Of a stretch of DNA of 55,871 nucleotides, positions 48,614 to 55,871 are shown in pieces (positions within the stretch are counted from its first letter, which is position 1; each line of letters opens with the position of its first letter). Source of the DNA: Firmicutes bacterium UBA5324 (GTDB lineage Bacteria; Bacillota; Negativicutes; UBA11029); the NCBI GenBank assembly GCA_002411145.1, contig DHRA01000012.1:39883-95753 (forward strand). Direction: 5' to 3'. Made by a program: the position numbers and the translations under genes. A model generated the notes under the pieces. The model did no database searches, was not told where the DNA came from, and was given only the letters and a program-made list of their open reading frames with translations.

Positions 48614-48756
48614 TATTAATGTAATTCAGGGCATTTAACCGGTTTACCGCCCAGTGCGGATTTGTACTGAGAACTTTGTGCGCTTACCGGTTTGGATGTT
48701 GCAGCAGAAGGAACAAGGCGGTTTTCCACCATTTACCGGCGGAAAGGACGAGATGC

Positions 48757-49521
48757 ATGGCTTTTCTTAAAGAGCTGGAGCAATTTTTTGAAAAACATAT
48801 TGAAGGTTTTTTTCGCCGGCGTTTCGCAGCGGGGATCCAACCTGTGGAAATCGGCAAAAAGATTGTCCGCGCCATGGAGCAAAATCTCCAGATCAGCGTT
48901 TCGAAAACCTACGCCCCCAATCATTATGCGGTTTGCTTAAACCCGGAAGACCTGCGCCGCATGCAATCGCTGGACATATCTCTGACCGACGAACTTGCTC
49001 AATACATAATAAAAAAGGCCAAACAACAAGGCTTAAATCTGGCCGGCTCACCGGTCGTGGAACTGCGTGAAGATGTCGCGCTTACCCTTGGCGAGCTAAG
49101 GATAGAGACCGCCTTTATGCAGGAGAAAGAGGCGCTGCCGCCCACGGAGGCGGATTATGCCGGCACGCAGGTATTTGAGGGTGTGAATGCGGCGCGGGAC
49201 CTGCCGGCAAAGGTAAGGCACAAGGCCATACCGTGTGCTGCTCTACGGGTGCGGGAAGGTGTGGATGCCGGCACGGCATGGGAGTTGGGGAACAACCGCA
49301 TATATATTGGCCGGCGGCAAACCAATGAAATACCCTTGAATGATATGAACGCGTCAAGAGTTCATGCTTATATTGCCCTGGAAGACGGCCGTCATGTTAT
49401 TCATGACGCAAAGAGTCTGAACGGGACTTATGTAAATGGTGAACGTATTGTACGCAAAACGTTATGCTGCGGAGACTGCATAAAAGTGGGTAATTCAACG
49501 CTAGTCTACGAGGTGATGTAG
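48757..49521 (+). CDS. FhaA-like protein (DUF3662 N-terminal domain + C-terminal FHA domain)
   Basis: N-terminus MAFLKELEQFFEKHIEGFFRRRF. The FHA core is IGRRQTNEIPLNDMNASRVHAYI...NGTYVNGERI. Start moved to ATG 48757. Confidence 0.8.
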   Translation: MAFLKELEQFFEKHIEGFFRRRFAAGIQPVEIGKKIVRAMEQNLQISVSKTYAPNHYAVCLNPEDLRRMQSLDISLTDELAQYIIKKAKQQGLNLAGSPVVELREDVALTLGELRIETAFMQEKEALPPTEADYAGTQVFEGVNAARDLPAKVRHKAIPCAALRVREGVDAGTAWELGNNRIYIGRRQTNEIPLNDMNASRVHAYIALEDGRHVIHDAKSLNGTYVNGERIVRKTLCCGDCIKVGNSTLVYEVM

Positions 49522-49522
49522 T

Positions 49523-50002
49523 TTGCCGGAAATAAATCAGGCGCTAATTCTGCAGTGGACCATTGTATTATTACAATATGGTTTTCTGTTGTGCATTTTT
49601 TATTTTATCTACCGGATTGGCCAATGGATTTACTGGGATATTACGGGTGTTACGGGTAATCCGGGCCGGGAATCAACGGGGCGCACCGGGAAAAGCGGTG
49701 CTGCTTACTTCATCGTGCTGGCAGCAGATGAAGACAGCGGGCTACACCCCCAAACACGTATTGAACTGCCGGAGACTACCACGATCGGACGGAGTGCGAA
49801 ACATAATACGATTGTTATTCAGGAAGCATTTGTGTCCGCTGAACATGCGTTGATTCAGCTATATGATAACGGATATTGGGTTTCTGATTTAAGCAGCACG
49901 AACGGAACCATGGTGAATGGGGTCCGGATTGAAGATGAAACTTTACTCCAATCAGGGGACGAAATAAAAATAGGCAGCGTTATTCTGCAGTTTGAGAGGT
50001 GA
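49523..50002 (+). CDS. FhaB/FipA-like membrane-anchored FHA domain protein
   Basis: One N-terminal TM helix. The FHA core is IGRSAKHNTIVIQEAFVSAEHALI...NGTMVNGVRI. TTG start behind GAGGTGA. Confidence 0.8.
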   Translation: MPEINQALILQWTIVLLQYGFLLCIFYFIYRIGQWIYWDITGVTGNPGRESTGRTGKSGAAYFIVLAADEDSGLHPQTRIELPETTTIGRSAKHNTIVIQEAFVSAEHALIQLYDNGYWVSDLSSTNGTMVNGVRIEDETLLQSGDEIKIGSVILQFER

Positions 50003-50718
50003 TTTCCTTGCATGTTAGTGCGTTAAGCGACGTTGGTTTAATTCGTAAAAACAATGAGGACAGCTTTTTTGTTTGTGCGCCTCACTTGTTTATTGTCGCC
50101 GACGGCATGGGGGGACATGAAGCAGGTGAAGTGGCAAGCGGCTTGGCAGTGACCTCTATTCAGGAATACGTTTTCCATAACACCGCAATAAAGGATAAAA
50201 AGGAATTGCTGCGCGCAGCAATTGGTGAAGCGAACCGCCGGATCTATGCGGAAGCGGTATCCCGGCAAGGCTGCCAGGGCATGGGTACAACCGTATCGGC
50301 GGCTTATATTCAGGATGAAGTGTTACATTGGGGGCATGTGGGTGACAGCCGCATCTATCTGATTCGTGAAGGCGCGGGGGAATTATTGACCGACGATCAT
50401 TCATTGGTCTGGCAGTTGATGAAACAGGGGGAGATTTCCTTGGAGGAAGCCGAGACCCATCCCCGGCGAAATGTGCTGACGCGGGCCGTTGGTACGGAAC
50501 CGGAGGCGGAAGTTGATGTTGGTTGCAGGGCATTGCTGCCCGGTGACCAGGTGGTGCTTTGTACCGATGGTCTGACCAATTTCCTTACCGGCGAAGAAAT
50601 TGCCGCAGCGGCGACAGCCGGCGCCGATCCTGATGAAACGGTTAAATATCTCATCGATCTTGCGAAAAACCGGGGTGGTTTTGACAACATCACGGTCATT
50701 TTGATCGATAACCGCTAG
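49999..50718 (+). CDS. PP2C-family Ser/Thr protein phosphatase (Stp/PrpC/PstP)
   Basis: SDVGLIRKNNEDS, ADGMGGH and CTDGL motifs. Start is GTG 49999 or TTG 50008. Confidence 0.9.
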   Translation: MISLHVSALSDVGLIRKNNEDSFFVCAPHLFIVADGMGGHEAGEVASGLAVTSIQEYVFHNTAIKDKKELLRAAIGEANRRIYAEAVSRQGCQGMGTTVSAAYIQDEVLHWGHVGDSRIYLIREGAGELLTDDHSLVWQLMKQGEISLEEAETHPRRNVLTRAVGTEPEAEVDVGCRALLPGDQVVLCTDGLTNFLTGEEIAAAATAGADPDETVKYLIDLAKNRGGFDNITVILIDNR

Positions 50719-50725
50719 GTGCAGC

Positions 50726-51988
50726 ATGCTGAAGACAGATGTGAACCGTAAAATAGAACGGGAATTGCTGGGGCTTGTCGCCGTCACGCTGATCATTGGC
50801 TGGACGATAGTTGCTTCTTATACAGGGTTATTAACACCGCTTCCGCTCGCCGGCGTCCTTTTCGGCTGTTGTGTTATTTTCGTGATTCTGCACGGGTTGC
50901 TAAGATATTTAAAGCATGGCGGCGACCCTCTCCTGCTGCCCATCGCCGGCATGTTGGCGGTCATCGGCCTTGTTTTTGTGTCCCGGCTGCAGCCGGCGCT
51001 GCTGCTGTATCAATTAACCTGGTTTGCCACGGGCGCTATCGGTTTTGCCGTCATCACGTGCTGGCTGCGCAAGCCCGAACAACTCCGGTTATATAAATAC
51101 CTTATCGGCATCTGCGGGCTGCTGCTGATGCTGCTCACGATAATTTTCGGGGTGAATATCGGGGGAAACAAGAGCTGGCTTGTCCTCGGACAGCTGCGTT
51201 TCGAACCGGCGGAGTTTGCGAAAATTCTGCTGGTGATTTTCCTGGCCGGTTATCTGGAGGAGAAGGGGAAGTTGCTCGCCGACAGCCGATGGGGCACTGG
51301 GAAGTTTACCCTTCCCCACCCCCTGCATTTAGGGCCGATGCTGGTTATGTGGGGAATTGCCCTCATCCTGCTGGTAATTGAAAAAGACCTGGGGGCCGCG
51401 TTATTGTACTATAGCACCTTTTTGACGATGTTATATATGGCCAGCGGTCGTCTCTTCTACGTAGGCCTCGGTTCCGTCCTCATGGTACTGGGCGGCTGGC
51501 TCAGCTACCATCTTTTTGATCACGTGAGGGTGCGTTTTGATATCTGGTTGAATCCCTGGGCGGAGCCGGAGGGTATTGGATATCAGATAGTACAATCCTT
51601 GTTCGCCTTGGGCGCCGGCGGCATCTTGGGCACCGGGTTGTCAACGGGCAGTCCGGAATTCGTGCCCGCGGTGCATACCGATTTTGTCTTTGCCGCCATC
51701 GGCGAAGAACTGGGTTTGGCCGGCACGTTGATGATTCTGCTGTTATATGTGCTGCTAATCTACCGTGGTTTCCGGGCGGCAATGTTAGCGAAAAATGAAT
51801 TTTGCGCGTTATTGGCAGCAGGTCTTAGTTCGCTGCTCGCCTGGCAGACCTTTGTCATTGTCGGCGGAGTTACCAAACTTGTGCCCCTCACCGGCGTAAC
51901 GCTGCCTTTCATCAGTTACGGCGGAAGTTCCATGCTGGCGAGTTTTATTATCCTGGGTTTATTGCATAATATATCGGAAAACGGGTGA
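50726..51988 (+). CDS. SEDS-family peptidoglycan glycosyltransferase (FtsW/RodA/SpoVE)
   Basis: 420 aa polytopic protein. Motifs QPAEFAKI-like (EPAEFAKILLVIFLA), TDFVFAAIGEELG and PLTGVTLPFISYGGSS. Confidence 0.88.
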   Translation: MLKTDVNRKIERELLGLVAVTLIIGWTIVASYTGLLTPLPLAGVLFGCCVIFVILHGLLRYLKHGGDPLLLPIAGMLAVIGLVFVSRLQPALLLYQLTWFATGAIGFAVITCWLRKPEQLRLYKYLIGICGLLLMLLTIIFGVNIGGNKSWLVLGQLRFEPAEFAKILLVIFLAGYLEEKGKLLADSRWGTGKFTLPHPLHLGPMLVMWGIALILLVIEKDLGAALLYYSTFLTMLYMASGRLFYVGLGSVLMVLGGWLSYHLFDHVRVRFDIWLNPWAEPEGIGYQIVQSLFALGAGGILGTGLSTGSPEFVPAVHTDFVFAAIGEELGLAGTLMILLLYVLLIYRGFRAAMLAKNEFCALLAAGLSSLLAWQTFVIVGGVTKLVPLTGVTLPFISYGGSSMLASFIILGLLHNISENG

Positions 51989-51992
51989 TCCG

Positions 51993-53387
51993 ATGAAAGA
52001 ATCAATACGGCGTGTCACGATATTTCTACTTGGTTTGTTTATTGTCCTTGGGGCTTACTTAACGTATTTACAAGCCTTCCAGGGCAGTAAATTAAATGCC
52101 CACGCCCTGAATCGCCGTAGCCGGGAGATGTCCAAGACCGTGCCGCGCGGCAGTATTATTGATAAAAACGGTAATAATGTGGTGCGCAGTGTGCCGGCGG
52201 GATCAGGGAAAAACGCGTACTATGCGAGGGAATATGTCGATGGGGCGATATTTGCGCCTCTTACCGGTTTTATCAGTGATAAATACGGGAAAACGGGCCT
52301 TGAAAACAGTTACGACCAATATCTCAGCGGCATTGCAAACCCTCGCTTTCAGTTAGGCCCCATCAGCAGATTATGGCAGCGCAGGGGGTACAATATCACC
52401 CTGAGTGTTGACGGGAATTTACAAAGGACAGCTTATCAAGCCCTGGGGAATCACCGGGGAGCGATTATCGTTATGGAACCGGGTACGGGCAGAATCCTGG
52501 CCATGGTCAGCAAGCCGACCTTTGATCCCGCGCAGATAGATAAATCCTGGCAGGATATTTTGGCAAACCCGGAGAGCCCCTTGCTCAACCGGGCCATACA
52601 AGGTCTGTATCCACCGGGCTCGGCCATAAAGCCGCTGGTTGCCGCCGCTGCTTTGGAGGAAGGGGTTTCGAACCTCCAAAAGATTTATAAAAGTCCCGGA
52701 TATTTAAAAATAGGCAATTATACCTTGCATGAGGTTAATGATCAACCCCTTGGGGAGCTTAGCCTGGAGAAGGCCTTGGCTTTATCCTCCAATGTTGCTT
52801 TTGGACAAATTGGCCTGGACCTTGGCAGAGACCGTGTAGCAAAGTATTTTGATAAATTCGGCTTCAATCGGGAGCCTGCGCTGGCCTTACCGGCGGAAAA
52901 AAGCCGCCTGCCCCAGTTTAATAAATTGGCGGACGGAGAATTGGCGCAAACGGCAATCGGCCAGGGGGAACTGCTGGTTACGCCCCTGTCCATGGCCTTA
53001 ATGACCGCCGCCCTGGCTAATCAAGGGGTCATCATGAAGCCGCTGCTCGTAACGGCGGTCACTGACACACAGGGGCAGACAATTAAAACGTTCAAGCCGG
53101 AAGTTTGGCTAAACCCTGTTGATCCTCAGACAGCCAATACGGTCCAGGCACTGATGGAGGAAGTAGTGGCATGGGGGACCGGTACTGCGGCCAAAGTACG
53201 CGGCATACGGATTGCGGGCAAAACCGGGACGGCGGAAAACCCCCATGGTCCGGCCCACGCCTGGTTCATCGGCTTCGCTCCCGTGGAAAAACCAAGGCTT
53301 GTGGTCGTGGTGATTGTGGAAAACGGCGGTTCCGGCGGCGCCGTTGCCGCGCCGGTTGCCCGCCAAATATTCGCGGAGGCATTATAG
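51993..53387 (+). CDS. Class B penicillin-binding protein (PbpA-type transpeptidase)
   Basis: N-terminal anchor, with SxxK (GSAIKP), SxN (SSN) and KTGT motifs. Confidence 0.88.
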   Translation: MKESIRRVTIFLLGLFIVLGAYLTYLQAFQGSKLNAHALNRRSREMSKTVPRGSIIDKNGNNVVRSVPAGSGKNAYYAREYVDGAIFAPLTGFISDKYGKTGLENSYDQYLSGIANPRFQLGPISRLWQRRGYNITLSVDGNLQRTAYQALGNHRGAIIVMEPGTGRILAMVSKPTFDPAQIDKSWQDILANPESPLLNRAIQGLYPPGSAIKPLVAAAALEEGVSNLQKIYKSPGYLKIGNYTLHEVNDQPLGELSLEKALALSSNVAFGQIGLDLGRDRVAKYFDKFGFNREPALALPAEKSRLPQFNKLADGELAQTAIGQGELLVTPLSMALMTAALANQGVIMKPLLVTAVTDTQGQTIKTFKPEVWLNPVDPQTANTVQALMEEVVAWGTGTAAKVRGIRIAGKTGTAENPHGPAHAWFIGFAPVEKPRLVVVVIVENGGSGGAVAAPVARQIFAEAL

Positions 53388-53402
53388 AAAGGGGTGAAAC
53401 AA

Positions 53403-55256
53403 ATGCTGGTTGGCAAAACTCTTGACAAGCGATATGAAATATTGGAATGTATTGGGGGCGGCGGTATGGCGGAAGTATACCGGGCTCAGGATATGCTGCT
53501 GGACCGCCCCGTTGCCGTGAAAGTACTGCGCTCTCAGTTTACTGGCGACGATCAGTTCGTGCGTAGGTTTCGACATGAAGCGCAGGCTGCAGCCCGGGTT
53601 TCTCACCCTCACATTGTAAACATATATGATGTCGGCAAGGATGGGGATGTGTATTATATCGTCATGGAATATATCCAGGGCGAAACCCTGAAGGAATATA
53701 TCCAGCGAAATAAAAAACTTCCGGTGGAGGAAGCAGTCTCCATCGCGCTACAGATCTGCGAAGCCCTTGATCACGCCCATCAAAACAATCTTATTCATTG
53801 TGATATTAAACCGCACAACATCCTGATGGGCAAAGGAGGGCGCGTAAAGGTCACCGATTTCGGCATCGCCCGGGCGGTGACGTCGGCAACTCTGACGCAG
53901 ACGGGAACCATCATCGGTTCCGTGCATTATATTTCCCCTGAACAGGCCAAAGGCGGCCTCGCCAGCGTACATTCGGACATTTATTCCCTGGGGGTTGTCC
54001 TGTATGAAATGTTAACCGGGGATGTTCCTTTTTCCGGTGAAAGTCCCATTGCCATAGCCTTGAAACATCTGCAGGAGGAAATCGTGCCTCCGGCCCAGTT
54101 GAATCCCGATATCCCCCCCATGCTGGAGGCTGTAATTTTGAAGGCCGTGGCCAAAGAACCGGCAAAACGTTATCCGGCGATAACCAGTATGATGCATGAT
54201 TTAGAAGTGGTGCAGGGCACTTTGCGGGAAGGTGACACCCGACGCTTGGCCAAAGGGGATTTCCCCACCCAAATTTTGCCGCCGATCGGCCCAACATCGA
54301 AACCGGTTGAGCAGGAACCAAAGCCCAAAAAGGGGCGGCGGGGGTTATGGGCGGCGGTGCTGCTGCTGCTCCTGGCCAGTTTTACCGTGGCCTTCATGGT
54401 TTTTGGGCAGTTCTGGAGTCTGGAGGATGTAATCGTACCTGATGTCGCCGGACAGCCTGTTGCTGTGGCACAGGAGAAGCTGCTCGCGGCGGGACTGAAG
54501 GTTAGTATCGGTTATGGCTATAGTGCCAACGTACCGCCCAATCATGTGATATCACAGTCTCCCGAGGCCGGATCCTCGGTAAAACAATCCCGGACCATCA
54601 ATTTAACCGTCAGTAAAGGAACGGAAGCAATTCTCATCCCGGACCTGCGCGGCTTACAGTTGCGGGATGCGGAGATTCAGTTGAAAAATGCCGGCCTGGC
54701 CCTGGGAAAAGTGGATGAGCAATATACCAGTGATGTTCCCCAGGGGGCCGTTGTCAATCAAAATCCGCGGGCCGCTTCCCAGGGCAGCAAGGGAATGATG
54801 GTGGATGTGACGGTAAGCAAGGGGCCGGCCCCCCGTAAATTTGTTTTGCCTGATTTTCGCGGATCCACCCTCGCCTCAGTAAGGACCCAGCTGGACAGTT
54901 TGAAACTGAAGCTGGGCAACGTGCAGGAAGAAGCAAACGATCAATTTCCCGCCGGTGTAATCATTGCCCAAAACCCCGAAGCCGGTTCGCAGGTTGAAGA
55001 AGGTGGGACCATCAACTTTACGGTTAGTAAAGGTGTGGGCGCCGGTTTAAAAAGGGCCAGCGTGCGTTTTCAGGTTCCGGAGGGAGCGAAACGGCAGGAT
55101 GTGCAAATTGTCATAACCGACAGCAATGGCCGGCGGACGGTTTACGACGATGCCCATAAGCCGGGTGACGTGATTGACCGGACGGTCGAAGGCACCGGCA
55201 CTATGCGGATACAGGTCTATATCAACGGAACTTTGTATAAGGATCAGACCGTGTAG
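53403..55256 (+). CDS. PASTA-domain Ser/Thr protein kinase (PknB/PrkC)
   Basis: Kinase motifs GGGGMAEVY, HCDIKPHN, DFG and SPEQ. One TM helix, three PASTA repeats and a C-terminal Ig-like domain. ATG 53403 sits behind AAAGGGGTGA; the ORF-track GTG is 53394. Confidence 0.9.
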   Translation: MLVGKTLDKRYEILECIGGGGMAEVYRAQDMLLDRPVAVKVLRSQFTGDDQFVRRFRHEAQAAARVSHPHIVNIYDVGKDGDVYYIVMEYIQGETLKEYIQRNKKLPVEEAVSIALQICEALDHAHQNNLIHCDIKPHNILMGKGGRVKVTDFGIARAVTSATLTQTGTIIGSVHYISPEQAKGGLASVHSDIYSLGVVLYEMLTGDVPFSGESPIAIALKHLQEEIVPPAQLNPDIPPMLEAVILKAVAKEPAKRYPAITSMMHDLEVVQGTLREGDTRRLAKGDFPTQILPPIGPTSKPVEQEPKPKKGRRGLWAAVLLLLLASFTVAFMVFGQFWSLEDVIVPDVAGQPVAVAQEKLLAAGLKVSIGYGYSANVPPNHVISQSPEAGSSVKQSRTINLTVSKGTEAILIPDLRGLQLRDAEIQLKNAGLALGKVDEQYTSDVPQGAVVNQNPRAASQGSKGMMVDVTVSKGPAPRKFVLPDFRGSTLASVRTQLDSLKLKLGNVQEEANDQFPAGVIIAQNPEAGSQVEEGGTINFTVSKGVGAGLKRASVRFQVPEGAKRQDVQIVITDSNGRRTVYDDAHKPGDVIDRTVEGTGTMRIQVYINGTLYKDQTV

Positions 55257-55266
55257 TGAACAAACA

Positions 55267-55309
55267 GGGAATAGCGTTCAGGGTTTTCTAATCCCTGAAC
55301 GCTATTCCC
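55267..55309. other. Perfect 17-bp hairpin between the kinase gene and rsgA
   Basis: GGGAATAGCGTTCAGGG-TTTTCTAA-TCCCTGAACGCTATTCCC, with no adjacent T-run. Confidence 0.7.
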
Positions 55310-55326
55310 GCACAGGAGGTTTTTTC

Positions 55327-55871
55327 ATGCAGGAAGGAGTTGTCCTGCGTGCTTACAGCGGCTATTATTATGTACAAGCCGTTGGGGATATTTATGCATG
55401 CAAACTCCGGGGCAGATTTAAACAGGAACGGTTTAGCCTGATGGTCGGCGACCGGGTGCGGTTCGCCGCGCAACCGGACGGAACCGGCATGGTTGAGGAA
55501 ATCCTGCCCAGAGCGTCACTTTTAACCCGCCCGCTGGTCGCGAATGTCGATCAGGCGGTGCTTACCTTTGCCGCAAAAAACCCCGATATTAAATCAATTT
55601 TAATCGATCGGTTTTTGGTGTTGGCCGAGCGTGCGCATTTGGACATTATTATCTGTATTAATAAAACGGATCTGGCGGAAGAAAAGGAACTTCAGGAACT
55701 GATAACCGCCTATCGCCGGATCGGCTATGGGGTTATTGCAGCGGCGGCCGCACGCGGTGCCGGCATTGACCGGCTCAAAGAATTATTAACAGGTAAAACG
55801 ACGGTGTTTGCCGGACCTTCCGGTGTGGGTAAATCCACCCTTTTAAATGCCATCCAACCGGGGTTTGCCCT
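55327..55871 (+). CDS. rsgA: Ribosome small-subunit-dependent GTPase A (5' partial, runs off the window)
   Basis: My own translation from ATG 55327 (GGAGG RBS) gives an OB-fold N-terminus followed by circularly permuted GTPase motifs NKTDL and GPSGVGKSTLLN. Not in the ORF track because no stop codon falls inside the window. Confidence 0.85.
   Translation, partial: MQEGVVLRAYSGYYYVQAVGDIYACKLRGRFKQERFSLMVGDRVRFAAQPDGTGMVEEILPRASLLTRPLVANVDQAVLTFAAKNPDIKSILIDRFLVLAERAHLDIIICINKTDLAEEKELQELITAYRRIGYGVIAAAAARGAGIDRLKELLTGKTTVFAGPSGVGKSTLLNAIQPGFA

Noticed and set aside
48757-50718. FHA + PP2C + kinase genes as a secretion-system (T6SS/T7SS-type) regulatory module
   Set aside because: The neighbours are RodA/FtsW, a class B PBP and a PASTA kinase within the conserved rlmN-rsgA string. 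The context is cell-wall and division signalling, and no secretion genes are present.

Overview
This is a chromosomal segment of a roughly 50-55% GC anaerobic Firmicute (Clostridia/Negativicutes-like, judged from gene content and synteny; the species cannot be named from sequence alone). Most of it is core metabolism and housekeeping. It opens with a 157-bp non-coding tandem repeat. A complete pyrimidine operon follows (pyrR, PyrR attenuator, pyrB-pyrC-carA-carB-pyrK-pyrD-pyrF-pyrE), then ddl, a lipoprotein, an SprT-like protease, an EamA transporter, rqcH and a Ca-type P-type ATPase. Next come convergent dapF/dapL, a yybP-ykoY (Mn) riboswitch driving a UPF0016/GDT1 transporter, and an ABC-2 exporter pair. 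The second half carries yicC-remA-gmk-rpoZ-coaBC, a SAM-I riboswitch with metK, and priA-def-fmt-DUF116-rsmB-rlmN. It ends with an FHA/FHA/PP2C/RodA/PBP/PASTA-kinase cluster and the start of rsgA. The accessory-looking part is about 23.9-36.4 kb. It holds a 66-aa protein plus a stand-alone FIST sensor, an E. coli-type speD in a low-GC patch, and a DUF2156/DUF1848 pair. The best candidate for an undescribed system is a translationally coupled four-gene operon at 25425-32739. It encodes a degenerate AddB-like P-loop protein, a complete UvrD-type SF1 helicase, a stand-alone Cas4/AddB-type 4-Cys PD-(D/E)XK nuclease, and RecJ. A small zinc-ribbon ORF follows it. No tRNA, rRNA, CRISPR array, transposase or integrase was seen. 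All calls rest on motif recognition in the supplied translations and reading of intergenic DNA; no database search was possible.
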